A DNA stretch of 64,000 nt from an uncultured Prevotella sp. (GCA_964640675.1 CAZXFP010000001.1:134700-198699); one strand, 5' to 3'. Counted from the stretch's first letter, positions 19,363-29,492 are shown. Made by a program: numbers and translations. Notes: generated from the letters alone by a model not told the origin.

Positions 19363-20718
19363 TTACTTTACTTCCACGCTGGTCACTTCCCAAGTGGCTG
19401 CGGCATCGGTGGTGCTGGTGTAAAGGAAGCCGATGTAGACTTTCTTTGAGCCAGCCACGCTGCTGAGGTCGCAAGTGGAGGTGGTTACGTCCCAATTCTC
19501 ACCGGAAGGATAGGCGGAAACGGCCAAGTCGGTCCAGTTAGTGCCATCGGTGGACACCTGTACTTTCAGCTCAGAGGCAGCATCCTTGAAGAAACGTGCC
19601 ATGTGCTTGAAGGTCAGCGTGGCCTTGGAAAGACCTTTCAGGTTGAATGCGGGAGAAACAAGGCGGCTTTGGCCGGCGTAGTTCTTGCGGGAAGCATAGG
19701 CGTTGGCCTTGAAGTAGCCGTTCTCGCTGTCGTAGTTCCAGATGAAACTGAGACCCTCGGGCAGCGAAATATTCTTGATAGTGAAGCCATTGTCGCCCTT
19801 GCTGAAGTCTGCGCTCAGCCCGGCAGGCTCGTCGCTTGCGTCTTGCTTGCCGTTGAGAGAGACGATGTGGGTCTGTCCCTTGCCCACCGTCTCGGGCGTG
19901 TTGCCCATGTAGTTGGTGAATTTGCCATAGACAACGACCTCATCACCCACCTTGATTTGGTCTTCCGATGTAAACTTCTCACCACCGAGGTAGAGACTTT
20001 GGAAGATGTAGATGCGGTTCTTGCCATCATCGGAGATGTAGTAATTGGCATTGCCGTAGATGGCGGTCTCCACTTGGCGGATTTCCACAATCTTTCCCTT
20101 GACGTAAATAGGCTCGCTGGTTTCCTCGCCCGCAGCGAGTGCGGTGACAATGTTCAGCGCGGCAGCCACGTTGTAGGGAGAAGCCTGCGTGCCGTTGCCC
20201 TCGGGCTGTGCATCGCTCTCGTCATCGCCGCTGCCACCAGCGGTCTCGTTGTTGAGCGAATAGATGTAGTTGCCGGAGGTAAACTCCTTTGTGCCCTCGT
20301 AGTTGACCACCTGTCCGCAGACAACTACTTTGTCGCCAACCTTCAACTGGTCGGTGGAGGTGAAGTTTGCGCCGCCAAGATAGCGTCCGCGGTACACCTC
20401 AAGCGTGGTTGCGGTGGAGGTGGAGTCATCGGAAATATAGTATGTGGCGTTTCCGAAGCTGGTGTCGATATTGTCGATCTTCACCACATATCCGCTTACG
20501 TAGACAGCTTGGTCGAGGTTCTCTCCCTCGTCAATGAAGTTGAGTGCTCCAATAACGTTGAAGGGGTCGTTCTGCGTGCCGGTTCCCTTCGGCTCAATCA
20601 CGACTTCTTGGCTGTCGTCGGCCGTAGGTGTATCGTAAGGCTGTGGTACATCTTCGCATCCGGTAAGCCCGATGACCGTGAGAGCCAGGGCGGAAAGTGA
20701 TACTAATAGCTTTTTCAT
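19363..20718 (-). CDS. Surface lipoprotein with two tandem OB-fold-like repeats and a C-terminal jelly-roll (choice-of-anchor J/DUF5017-like) domain
   Basis: Lipobox LTGC; repeat GxGTQxxPxNV...VxG..V.I....GNAxYYISDD...KVGDxVVVxG present twice. Confidence 0.8.
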   Translation of the reverse strand: MKKLLVSLSALALTVIGLTGCEDVPQPYDTPTADDSQEVVIEPKGTGTQNDPFNVIGALNFIDEGENLDQAVYVSGYVVKIDNIDTSFGNATYYISDDSTSTATTLEVYRGRYLGGANFTSTDQLKVGDKVVVCGQVVNYEGTKEFTSGNYIYSLNNETAGGSGDDESDAQPEGNGTQASPYNVAAALNIVTALAAGEETSEPIYVKGKIVEIRQVETAIYGNANYYISDDGKNRIYIFQSLYLGGEKFTSEDQIKVGDEVVVYGKFTNYMGNTPETVGKGQTHIVSLNGKQDASDEPAGLSADFSKGDNGFTIKNISLPEGLSFIWNYDSENGYFKANAYASRKNYAGQSRLVSPAFNLKGLSKATLTFKHMARFFKDAASELKVQVSTDGTNWTDLAVSAYPSGENWDVTTSTCDLSSVAGSKKVYIGFLYTSTTDAAATWEVTSVEVK

Positions 20719-20758
20719 TGTTTATGCTTTTTTGTTTTGTTTCTTGTTAGTTGGGTAT

Positions 20759-22054
20759 TTATTCCACTTTGACGTTCTTGAGTTCCCAAGTGGCTGCGCT
20801 TTGCTCCGTGCTCTGATAATCGAAAGCAATGTAAATGGTCTTTCCTGCATAGCTGCTGAGGTCGCAAGTGGTGGTGACGAAGTCCCAGCTGCTTCCATCA
20901 AGGTAGGTGGAAAGGGGAAGCTCCGACCAAGAGGACTTGTCGGTGGAGACGAGCACGCGGCATTCTTTCTTGACATCGGTGAAGAATCTTCCGGCCTGAT
21001 CGAAGGTGAGCAGGTTCAGCTTGGCATTCTTCATATTGATGGCAGGTGAGACGATACGGCTGTGGACAGCGTAGTATACTCCGTTGACATAAGCCGAAGC
21101 CTTTGCGCCATAGCTCGTAGAGCCGGCCCAAACATAGCTCAGACCTTCGGGAAGGATAATGTTCTCAACGGTGAAATCTCCAAGTGTGCCATCGCCGAAG
21201 CTCTCTTGGAATACGGCTTCGGGAAGAACCTCCACATCATCGATGGAGCGGATGATGATTTCCCACTTGTTGTTGTAACGCTTGAAAATACCCGTGATGT
21301 TTACTTTGCCTGTCGGCACTTTTGTGTTGGCAAAGTCGGAGTAGTTGCTGTTGTAAACAATGACGGATGCGTCTTGCTCGTTCAGCTGCCACTCAATAGA
21401 GCCTGCGCCTCCGTTGGAGTTGGCGTAGGTGGAGTCAACGCTCCAGAAACGGAACGAGACATTCTTGATGATGCCCAGTTTGCCGCCGTCTTTCGTCAAG
21501 TCCCAAGTGGTCTTGTTGCTTCCATCGGCAAACAGTTCTGGCTCGGGAACATCCTTCTTGCCAAGAATCTTGAAGTGCTTATCCCATGTGGCGCGGCTCA
21601 TTCGTCCGATGGAGGTTTGTCCGCGTGAGTTCATCGTGGGTACTCCGATTTCGGCCTGAAGGCCATAGTTGCCCACATAGAGTCCTTTCAAGTCTACAAG
21701 GATTTCCGTGCCGGCGGGCAGGAAACTGTAGAGACCGCCTTGGGCGATGGAGATGATGATGGCACCGGTGGAGTCTTGCAGTGCCAGCTCATTATAGATG
21801 TTTCCCTCTGCGTCGCTGCTTGTCACCACGCCCTTGATTTGCAAGTCCTCTGTTACTTGCCGATAGGCGTAGCTTGTGGCAATCTCCTCGCTGAACAGCT
21901 CCTTGAGCTGCTGGATGCTGACGACATTGGTCTCGGTGATGGCATTGTTGCCATACGGGGCTTCATCGTAGTTGGCTTCTGCGTAATCCTGTCCCATGCA
22001 GGAGGCGAGGATGGTGCAGATGGCCAAAAGGATGATATACTGAATTTGTCTCAT
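20759..22054 (-). CDS. DUF5689-type lipoprotein with C-terminal jelly-roll domain
   Basis: Lipobox LASC; SIQQLK...IKGVVTSSDAEGNIYNELALQDSTGAI...LKGLYVGNYG. Confidence 0.8.
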   Translation of the reverse strand: MRQIQYIILLAICTILASCMGQDYAEANYDEAPYGNNAITETNVVSIQQLKELFSEEIATSYAYRQVTEDLQIKGVVTSSDAEGNIYNELALQDSTGAIIISIAQGGLYSFLPAGTEILVDLKGLYVGNYGLQAEIGVPTMNSRGQTSIGRMSRATWDKHFKILGKKDVPEPELFADGSNKTTWDLTKDGGKLGIIKNVSFRFWSVDSTYANSNGGAGSIEWQLNEQDASVIVYNSNYSDFANTKVPTGKVNITGIFKRYNNKWEIIIRSIDDVEVLPEAVFQESFGDGTLGDFTVENIILPEGLSYVWAGSTSYGAKASAYVNGVYYAVHSRIVSPAINMKNAKLNLLTFDQAGRFFTDVKKECRVLVSTDKSSWSELPLSTYLDGSSWDFVTTTCDLSSYAGKTIYIAFDYQSTEQSAATWELKNVKVE

Positions 22055-22072
22055 GTCGATAAAACTGTGAAA

Positions 22073-24634
22073 TTAGAATTTGTAAGCCACGTTGAGCATT
22101 CCATTGATGCCGTTGACGTAGTATTTCTTGGGATTGAGCGAGAACTTATAGGCACGGTCGTTGCGTGTGCCATCGTTGCTGAGCGTGTAGTCGCTTCGGC
22201 TTTGCTCGTAGCCACCCGTCACAATCTTGCGGTTGTTGAGTATGTTCGTTACGCTAAGATTGATGGAGATGCTGCCATGACGCAAGCGGATGTTGCGGCC
22301 GATAGAGCCATCGAGCATGAAACCGCCCTTGCCCTCGGCTTGTGCGGGGATAACATAGTTGCCCTCGTTGTCGATGCTGCTCATATTGACGAGCGTTTGG
22401 CCGTAACGGCGGCTGGGGGCGTAGCTCAAATAGATGCGGTCGTAGTAGTTTCCGCTCAAGTTGATGAACCATCCGCCCATGTGGAAGTCAATTACACCGC
22501 TGTATGCGGACAACGGCGTTCCGCTCTCGCGCATATCTTTGTTGTAAACGATGTCATCGGTGTAGGTGGCTTTGGTGGAGTTCAGATAACGAACATTGGC
22601 GTTGTTGATGTTCTCGGCTTCCATCCAGTGGCCCAAAGCCTTGAAGTTGAGGAAGCTGGTAATCTTGAAGTCCAGGCCAACCTCTACGCCGTAGTAGTGC
22701 TTCTTGATGTTGGTCATGGAAACATATGAGAAGCTGTTGATGTCGTCAAAGTAATAGTTCTGCCATTCTGTGACGTTTGTCATCCGGTTATAGAATCCGG
22801 TGACGTTGGCGTGAAGCCATGATCCCATGTACTGGTAGCTCAACTCAGAAGAGAAAACGCGCTCATTTCGCAAGTTGTCCACGAAGTCGTTGTTCATCTC
22901 GGGTGAAACGAAAGCAGCGTTGGCTTGTGGTGCGCGATGCTCGTAGCCTAATCCGAGAGAGAGCGTGTGTCCGTTTTGGCTGAGGATACCGTTAAACTTC
23001 ATACCGCCAGAAAGGAACTCGGCCTTCTTGCTCTTTCCGAAAGAATTGTCGGCAAACATACCGTTGCGCATGTGGCCTTTGCGGAACATATTGTCGTAGG
23101 CCAGTTTTCCAGCCAGCGTGTAGTGAAGAATGCCAAAGTTCTCGCTGTAGCTTCCCCAAACGGTTCCACGTCTTACAGTGAGGTTGTAGTCGTAGCCGAA
23201 CTTGTCGTCCTCATAGATGAGGCGGCCTTTGCCTTGTGTCCCCATTGTGTTGAGGTCGTATTGTATACGAGGGTCGGTAAGCTCATAAGTACCGAGCGCG
23301 TAAGTGTTGATGTTGTGGAAGCTGCTGGCACCCAAGAGATCCTCCATCGTTTGGTAATGGCGGCCTACGTTCTGTCCTAACATGATACCGGCGTTCAGAC
23401 GGCTGTCTTTCGTGAGTTGAGTGCTCAGCGTAGATGCCATGGTCAACATCAAGTTGTCATTGTGGCGTGCCTGTACGTAATAGACGGCATCCTGCCCGTT
23501 CAGTGCGGCTTGCTTATTGGCGTAATAAAGGCGATCCCATTGAATTTGGCGGTTCTCCTTGCTTTGCCACCATTGTACGGCGGAAGACCAGTCGGCAAGA
23601 GCTTGCGGTGTGCGGTAGCGGGTGTCGCCCTCGTCCCACACATCATAGTAGCTGCTTGGCATGTTTTTCCAATAATCGGGCTGAGGATTGTCGGCGTTGT
23701 TGTAGTTCAGCTTGGTGCTCTTGTACATCGAATATTTGCCGAAAAGGCTCGTTGTGAGCTTGGAGCGGTCGTTGATGTCCCAGTCCCAAGTGAGAATGGC
23801 CGAGGGAGCAAAGTCGTTCACAACGCGTGAGTTGCGCTTGTGTCCATTTTGGTATCCCCAGTACGGGTTGTACTGATAGTCGTTGGCCAGCCAGTATGCC
23901 TCATCGGTAGAAGCTCCTTGTGACGCGCGCTCCGTTGGGTTTCCCCAAGTGGCAAAGGATACGGAATGTCCGTTGTTCCATTTCTTCTGTACTCCGAAGT
24001 AGTAAGACAGGGCATTATAGAATGTTCCCTCCACGTATCCGCGGTTTGCCCAACGGTAAGTGAGGTTTGCTGCAATGGCCCATCCCTTGCTGTTGAAGCC
24101 GCTGGCGTATGTGTACATACCACGCAGGGTGTAATTGCGGTTGGCGGCAGAAAGCGTGATGCGCTGGCCTGCAGCCATAGAACCCGCACGGAAATTGTAA
24201 TTGTTGCTTCCCGAAAGTCCCGTCATGGCAAACGAACTCTCTTCAAAGGGCAGTGAGTAATCGACGTTGCGCGTTTGCTGGTTCAGACCACCCACCAACG
24301 AATAGCGGAATTGGCCCGACTCCATGTCGTTCATAGGCGCGCCGTTAATGTAAACGTCGTTGTACTTTTGGTTGAGGCCCCTGTAGCGGAAACGCAACGG
24401 CGAATAAAGGTAGCCCACCTCGGATGCGTAAACATTGCTGTTGGAGTTGAGGATAGTGACATTACTGCTCATGTCATCGTCCTCGCCCAACTGCGCCTCG
24501 GTGAACGTGAACGCCGATTCGTCCATCGTGTTGGTCGTTTGCTCTTGCGCATTGCTGTTGGTATGCGTGTTCTGCGCTACCACCATGCTTGTGCTGCAAA
24601 GTGCTACCACGACTAGTTTCAGCTTTTTTTGCAT
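22073..24634 (-). CDS. TonB-dependent-type outer-membrane receptor associated with DUF5689/nuclease loci
   Basis: Signal peptide; FRYRG..QKYNDVYINGAPMND plug-like motif; beta-barrel ending MLNVAYKF. ATG at 24634 (MQKKLK) chosen. Confidence 0.88.
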   Translation of the reverse strand: MQKKLKLVVVALCSTSMVVAQNTHTNSNAQEQTTNTMDESAFTFTEAQLGEDDDMSSNVTILNSNSNVYASEVGYLYSPLRFRYRGLNQKYNDVYINGAPMNDMESGQFRYSLVGGLNQQTRNVDYSLPFEESSFAMTGLSGSNNYNFRAGSMAAGQRITLSAANRNYTLRGMYTYASGFNSKGWAIAANLTYRWANRGYVEGTFYNALSYYFGVQKKWNNGHSVSFATWGNPTERASQGASTDEAYWLANDYQYNPYWGYQNGHKRNSRVVNDFAPSAILTWDWDINDRSKLTTSLFGKYSMYKSTKLNYNNADNPQPDYWKNMPSSYYDVWDEGDTRYRTPQALADWSSAVQWWQSKENRQIQWDRLYYANKQAALNGQDAVYYVQARHNDNLMLTMASTLSTQLTKDSRLNAGIMLGQNVGRHYQTMEDLLGASSFHNINTYALGTYELTDPRIQYDLNTMGTQGKGRLIYEDDKFGYDYNLTVRRGTVWGSYSENFGILHYTLAGKLAYDNMFRKGHMRNGMFADNSFGKSKKAEFLSGGMKFNGILSQNGHTLSLGLGYEHRAPQANAAFVSPEMNNDFVDNLRNERVFSSELSYQYMGSWLHANVTGFYNRMTNVTEWQNYYFDDINSFSYVSMTNIKKHYYGVEVGLDFKITSFLNFKALGHWMEAENINNANVRYLNSTKATYTDDIVYNKDMRESGTPLSAYSGVIDFHMGGWFINLSGNYYDRIYLSYAPSRRYGQTLVNMSSIDNEGNYVIPAQAEGKGGFMLDGSIGRNIRLRHGSISINLSVTNILNNRKIVTGGYEQSRSDYTLSNDGTRNDRAYKFSLNPKKYYVNGINGMLNVAYKF

Positions 24635-24867
24635 AGTTGAGTTCAATTAAAGAAAACGTTATTTTGGTGCAAAGTAACGAAAAAGATTTTAAACAAGGGA
24701 AACTTTTTTGATAAAATTCGGTTAAAGGCTCTTTATTTCGGAAATAATTGCCGATATTTGCACAATAGTTTGACGGCGTGGGATGTTGTGGCGCTCGCTC
24801 GAACGTTCGCGGAAGCTGAGGTTTTTGCGGAAAAAGATGAATTTGACGTAACAAATATTAAAAGGAT

Positions 24868-25908
24868 ATGAGAAAACTTTCATTGGTTATTCTGCTGTTC
24901 TTGGCTGTCGTAGCTCAAGCACAAAAGAGATTTTCTGTTTATGCAGTGGGATTTTACAATTTGGAGAACTTATTTGATTACACGCATGATGAGGGGAAAA
25001 GGGACTATGAGTTTCTGCCAGAAGGTAGTTACAAATGGAATAAGATGAAGTATGAGAGTAAGCTGCGCAATATGTCGCGCGTGCTCTCGGAGATGGGAAC
25101 GGACGTTTTGCCACAGGCCGGATGTGCGCTGATTGGTGTGAGTGAGGTAGAAAACAATCATGTCATGACAGACTTGGTGGCGCAAGAGCCGCTCAAGCAG
25201 CGTGGGTATCAGTTTGTGCATATAGAAGGCCCTGATGCTCGCGGTGTTGATTGTGCCCTTATCTATAATCCCGCGCTTTTTCAAGTGCGTGACACCAAAT
25301 TGCGTCCTTATTTCTATGAGCAGCCTTCGGATTCAGCCCGCAAGACGCGTGGTTTCCTTATTGTGGATGGAACGCTGGCCGGTGAGTTTGTCACGGTGAT
25401 AGTATGCCATTGGCCAAGTCGCGGTGCGGGAGCTTACTATCGTGAGCTGGCGGCCAAGCAGGCGAAGTTTGTCAAGGACTCTTTGCTCGCAGATGACCCA
25501 AGCCGAAAGATATTGTTGATGGGCGATATGAACGATGATCCCACCAATCGTTCCATGCATGAAGTGCTTGGTGCGAAAGCTGAGGTAGACGAAGTGGGGG
25601 CGGCCGACATGTATAATCCTTGGTACAACCTCTTGGTGAAGAAAGGCGTGGGCACGCTTACTTATCGTGGCGCATGGAATCTTTTCGACCAGATTGTCTT
25701 GACTCCCAACTTGCTCAATCAGCATGGGGCGAAAGATTTCAGCACATTGAAGTATTGGAAGAGCCAGATTTTCCGTCGTGATTACTTGTTCCAGACCGAA
25801 GGAAAGTATAAAGGCTCTCCCAAGCGTACCACATCGGGTGGAGTATGGCTTGATGGCTACAGCGACCACTTGCCCGTAGTGGTTTATTTGATGAAAGAGC
25901 AAAAGTAA
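24868..25908 (+). CDS. Secreted endonuclease/exonuclease/phosphatase (DNase I-like) family protein
   Basis: Signal peptide; FYNLENLFD, IGVSEVEN, DARGVD, HWPSR, MGDMND, FDQI, GYSDHLPV. Confidence 0.92.
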   Translation: MRKLSLVILLFLAVVAQAQKRFSVYAVGFYNLENLFDYTHDEGKRDYEFLPEGSYKWNKMKYESKLRNMSRVLSEMGTDVLPQAGCALIGVSEVENNHVMTDLVAQEPLKQRGYQFVHIEGPDARGVDCALIYNPALFQVRDTKLRPYFYEQPSDSARKTRGFLIVDGTLAGEFVTVIVCHWPSRGAGAYYRELAAKQAKFVKDSLLADDPSRKILLMGDMNDDPTNRSMHEVLGAKAEVDEVGAADMYNPWYNLLVKKGVGTLTYRGAWNLFDQIVLTPNLLNQHGAKDFSTLKYWKSQIFRRDYLFQTEGKYKGSPKRTTSGGVWLDGYSDHLPVVVYLMKEQK

Positions 25909-25969
25909 AGGAATTATAGCCCAAGCGTGCCCATTGCGCGCTTGGGCACTTGTCTTTTTTACGGTGAAT

Positions 25970-26560
25970 ATGCACGAAAGTAAGATAGAGACACACCCCT
26001 TTGAGCCTTTTCTTCCCAAGAATGCGCGGTTGCTGATGCTTGGAACGTTTCCCCCGGCTCCCAAACGTTGGTGCATGAAGTGGTATTACCCTAATTTCAC
26101 CAATGATATGTGGCGCATTTTTGGCCATATCTATTATTCGGACAAGTTGCATTTCGTGGATGAGGGGCGCAAAACCTATCGCTTGTCTGAATTAAAGGAG
26201 TTTTTGCAGGATAAAGGCGTTGCCTTGTTCGACACTTGCCTGCGCATTCACCGTACCACAGGGACGGCTTCCGATAAGGATTTGGAAGTAATAGAGGCTG
26301 CGGACCTTGACGGACTGCTCCGCTCTCTTCCGGAATGCTGCGCGGTGGTTACTGCCGGACAGTTGGCCACAACGCTTTTTGTTCGGCATTATGGCATTGA
26401 TACAGGGAAAATGCAGATGGGTGACTATCGGGAGTTTGAGTTTGAGGGGCGCAGGCTTCGGCTTTATCGGATGCCAAGCAGCAGCCGTGCTTATCCGATG
26501 AAGATAGAACTGAAGGCGGAATACTATCGCCGGATGTTTGAGGATATTCATTTGGCTTGA
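25970..26560 (+). CDS. Uracil-DNA glycosylase superfamily protein (MUG/HDG-like)
   Basis: HPFEPF, LMLGTFPP, YYPNFTNDMWRI, MPSSSR. Confidence 0.85.
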   Translation: MHESKIETHPFEPFLPKNARLLMLGTFPPAPKRWCMKWYYPNFTNDMWRIFGHIYYSDKLHFVDEGRKTYRLSELKEFLQDKGVALFDTCLRIHRTTGTASDKDLEVIEAADLDGLLRSLPECCAVVTAGQLATTLFVRHYGIDTGKMQMGDYREFEFEGRRLRLYRMPSSSRAYPMKIELKAEYYRRMFEDIHLA

Positions 26561-26642
26561 TGCTATTGGGCTTTGCGCCGTTGGACGGCAAGCAGCTGAT
26601 GGCAGCAGGCGGCTTTTATTAAACATCATCATCATTAATATA

Positions 26643-27269
26643 ATGGACAGTCAAGTAACAATTATTGGAATCGCTGGTGGTACAGGCTCGGGCAAGACCA
26701 CCGTCGTAAAGAAAATAGTGGAGGCGTTGCCCCCCGATTTTGTGGATGTTGTGCCTTTGGATTCTTATTATAACGACACAACGGGTATGACCGATGAGGA
26801 GCGAAAGGCCATCAATTTCGACCATCCCGATGCTTTCGACTGGAAGCTCCTTATCAAGCAGGTAGACGATTTGCGCAATGGGAAGGCCGTGGAGCAGCCC
26901 ACCTATTCCTATATATTGAGCAACCGACTGCCCGAGACCATTCATGTAGAGCCGAAGCCTGTCATTATCATAGAGGGAATCATGACGCTGCTCAACAAGA
27001 AGCTGCGCGACATGATGACATTGAAGATATATGTGGATACGGATTCCGATGAGCGGCTGATACGCAATATTCAGCGCGACACAATTGACCGAGGCCGTAC
27101 GGTGTCGATGGTGGTAGACCGCTACTTGAAGGTGCTTAAGCCCATGCACGACCAGTTCATTGAGCCTACCAAGCGATATGCCGACTTGATTATCCCGCAG
27201 GGTGGTGAAAACCGGCAGGGCATCGACATCCTTTGTCGGTACATTGAGGGACTGGTTCCTCAACGGTAG
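26643..27269 (+). CDS. udk: Uridine kinase
   Basis: IIGIAGGTGSGKTT, DSYY, NFDHPDAFD, IIIEGI, PMHDQFIEPTKRYAD. Confidence 0.96.
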   Translation: MDSQVTIIGIAGGTGSGKTTVVKKIVEALPPDFVDVVPLDSYYNDTTGMTDEERKAINFDHPDAFDWKLLIKQVDDLRNGKAVEQPTYSYILSNRLPETIHVEPKPVIIIEGIMTLLNKKLRDMMTLKIYVDTDSDERLIRNIQRDTIDRGRTVSMVVDRYLKVLKPMHDQFIEPTKRYADLIIPQGGENRQGIDILCRYIEGLVPQR

Positions 27270-27274
27270 TGCCG

Positions 27275-29440
27275 ATGGAGCAAAATAGCGAATTGCGCGC
27301 CGCGTGGGAGTTTGTGGAGCACACGGGGAAGAGCGTTTTTCTGACGGGCAAGGCCGGTACGGGAAAGACCACATTCCTCAAAATGCTCAAGGAGAAGAGC
27401 GGGAAGCGGCTTGTGGTGGTGGCTCCCACAGGTGTGGCGGCTGTCAATGCGGGCGGCGTTACCATTCATTCTTTCTTTCAGTTGCCATTCTCGCCCTATC
27501 TTCCCGGGGCGCAGATGCGGCATCGCTTCGACTTCAGCAAGGACAAGCGCAGGATTATCCGGACGCTTGATGTGCTCGTCATTGATGAGGTGTCTATGGT
27601 GCGGAGCGACCTTCTCGATGCCATCGACTCCGTTTTGCGCCGTTTTCGTGAGCACGACAAACCATTTGGCGGCGTGCAGTTGCTCTTGATAGGCGACTTG
27701 CAGCAGCTTACTCCGGTGGTCACCCCCGAGGATGAGGCGGTGTTGCACGACTATTACGACACGCCTTATTTCTTTAGCTCAATGGCTTTGCGGCAGGTGG
27801 ACTACGTAACCATCACGCTGACCCGTGTCTATCGACAGCAGGATGAGTCTTTCATCCGTCTTCTTAACGCCGTGCGTTGCAATTGCCTGACCGATGAGGA
27901 CTTGCGGCAACTCAACGCTCGTCATCTGCCCGCGTTCAGTCCTCATGCCGAGGCGGGCTATATTCGTCTGACCACCCATAACCGCATGGCAGACAGCTAC
28001 AATCAGTCGCAATTGGCTTCGTTGAAGGGAGCTTCGTTCACCTACGAGGCCACAGTGGAGGGCGAGTTCCCGGCTTATAACTTCCCAACCGACCAGCGGC
28101 TGGTGCTCAAAGAAGGCGCGCAGGTGATGTTTGTCAAGAACGATGCCGAGGGACGATACTATAACGGGCGCATCGGGCACGTGGTTTACCTCGACTCAAA
28201 GACAATTCGGGTGCTTTGTCCGGGCGATGCGTTGCCCATAGATGTGGTGCGTGGCGAATGGGAGAATATGCGCTACACGCTCAATGAGACTACCCGGGAG
28301 ATTGAGGCCGAGGTGCAGGGCGTGTTTGCCCAGTATCCTTTGCGGCTGGCATGGGCCATAACCATTCACAAAAGCCAAGGACTTACGTTTGAGCACGTGG
28401 TTATCGATGCCGCCCAGTCCTTTGCCCCGGGACAGGTCTATGTGGCTCTCAGCCGTTGCAAGACGCTTGACGGGCTTGTCTTGAGCACCCCCATCTCGCG
28501 CCATGCCATCATGAACGATGGCCGGGTGAGCAGCTATATGGAGGGGCAGGAGGAGAGGTCGATGGGCGCGGTGCGCAATTTGCCCCGGCTGAAGCAGGAG
28601 TATGAGCGTCAGCAGCTGTTGGAGTTGTTTGCCTTTTGGCATATATTGCAATGCGAGCAGCGTATGCAGCGGCTGGTTGTGGAGCATTTGTTTACGCAAG
28701 AAACGCTCAAGCAGCTTCTGCAAAGTGTGGACAGTCAGTTGCGGGAAATGCTCATTGTGGCCGACAAGTGGACGCAGCGCATTGCATCAATGCCTTTTGA
28801 GCAATTGCATGAGGCTCAGTTCTTAGAGCGTGTGGGGCGTAGTGCAGACTATTTTCATCAGCAGCTTGCGGCCATTTTCGGCGACTTGCTCTCGGCTATG
28901 CGCCGCATAGGGCTGACAAATAAAACGCTTATGTGCCGCTTCGACACTGTTTCTTCGGAATTGGCCGAGGCCGTGGAGGTGAAGGAGGCTGTGCTGGCAG
29001 TTGTTGCCGACCAAGGTTTCTCCGTAGGTGGCTATCTCCATGCCAAGCAGGTGGCTTTGCTCAATGTGCAGGATGAGGGAGCAAAGAGCGGGGGAAAGGC
29101 GAAGAAGAAGCGCGCCGAGTCCAAGAAGAAGCCAAAAGGCTACAGTCAGGAGCTTACCTATCAGGCCTTTGTCAAAGGCGAGGACATTGGAGGCATTGCC
29201 CGGGAGCGTGGTTTGGCTGTGTCAACGGTGTTTGGACATTTGTTGGACTATGTCCGGAAGGGAAAGATAAAGGCGGTTAGCTTGGTGGGGGCGGAGAAGT
29301 ATGCCGCCATCATGCGGGTTATAGATAAGGTGGGAACGGTGGAGGCCGCCACGCCGATAAAGAATCTTTGCCCGCCAGAAGTCACTTTCGATGATGTGCG
29401 TGCCGTCATGGCCGAGCTTTCGGCAAGCGATGAAGCATGA
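27275..29440 (+). CDS. PIF1/RecD-like SF1B DNA helicase with C-terminal HTH
   Basis: FLTGKAGTGKTT, APTGVAA, IDEVSM, GDLQQL, YRQ, AITIHKSQGLTF, YVALSR; IARERGLAVSTVFGHL HTH. Confidence 0.92.
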   Translation: MEQNSELRAAWEFVEHTGKSVFLTGKAGTGKTTFLKMLKEKSGKRLVVVAPTGVAAVNAGGVTIHSFFQLPFSPYLPGAQMRHRFDFSKDKRRIIRTLDVLVIDEVSMVRSDLLDAIDSVLRRFREHDKPFGGVQLLLIGDLQQLTPVVTPEDEAVLHDYYDTPYFFSSMALRQVDYVTITLTRVYRQQDESFIRLLNAVRCNCLTDEDLRQLNARHLPAFSPHAEAGYIRLTTHNRMADSYNQSQLASLKGASFTYEATVEGEFPAYNFPTDQRLVLKEGAQVMFVKNDAEGRYYNGRIGHVVYLDSKTIRVLCPGDALPIDVVRGEWENMRYTLNETTREIEAEVQGVFAQYPLRLAWAITIHKSQGLTFEHVVIDAAQSFAPGQVYVALSRCKTLDGLVLSTPISRHAIMNDGRVSSYMEGQEERSMGAVRNLPRLKQEYERQQLLELFAFWHILQCEQRMQRLVVEHLFTQETLKQLLQSVDSQLREMLIVADKWTQRIASMPFEQLHEAQFLERVGRSADYFHQQLAAIFGDLLSAMRRIGLTNKTLMCRFDTVSSELAEAVEVKEAVLAVVADQGFSVGGYLHAKQVALLNVQDEGAKSGGKAKKKRAESKKKPKGYSQELTYQAFVKGEDIGGIARERGLAVSTVFGHLLDYVRKGKIKAVSLVGAEKYAAIMRVIDKVGTVEAATPIKNLCPPEVTFDDVRAVMAELSASDEA

Positions 29441-29441
29441 G

Positions 29442-29492
29442 CAAAATACCGCTGATGAGTTGAAAAACCATCAGCGGTATTTTGTTTTTTTT
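29442..29492 (+). terminator. Intrinsic terminator
   Basis: caaaataccgctgatg...catcagcggtattttg followed by a T-run. Confidence 0.85.

Noticed and set aside
19089-19466. Small ORFs across the repeat copies (also 2171-2447, 29391-29646, 38688-39128, 47098-47367, 53429-53653) sharing KPYLLP/MVL/TIPFA-like peptides
   Set aside because: Translations of the DNA repeat in inconsistent frames and strands; not credible genes
19603-22729. Long plus-strand ORFs (365 and 329 aa) opposite the lipoprotein/receptor genes
   Set aside because: Antisense shadows of strongly codon-biased genes; V/A/G-rich with no family motifs
27275-29440. PIF1 helicase as a phage or defence gene
   Set aside because: This helicase + HTH form is a usual chromosomal Bacteroidales gene, coupled here to udk with no mobile context
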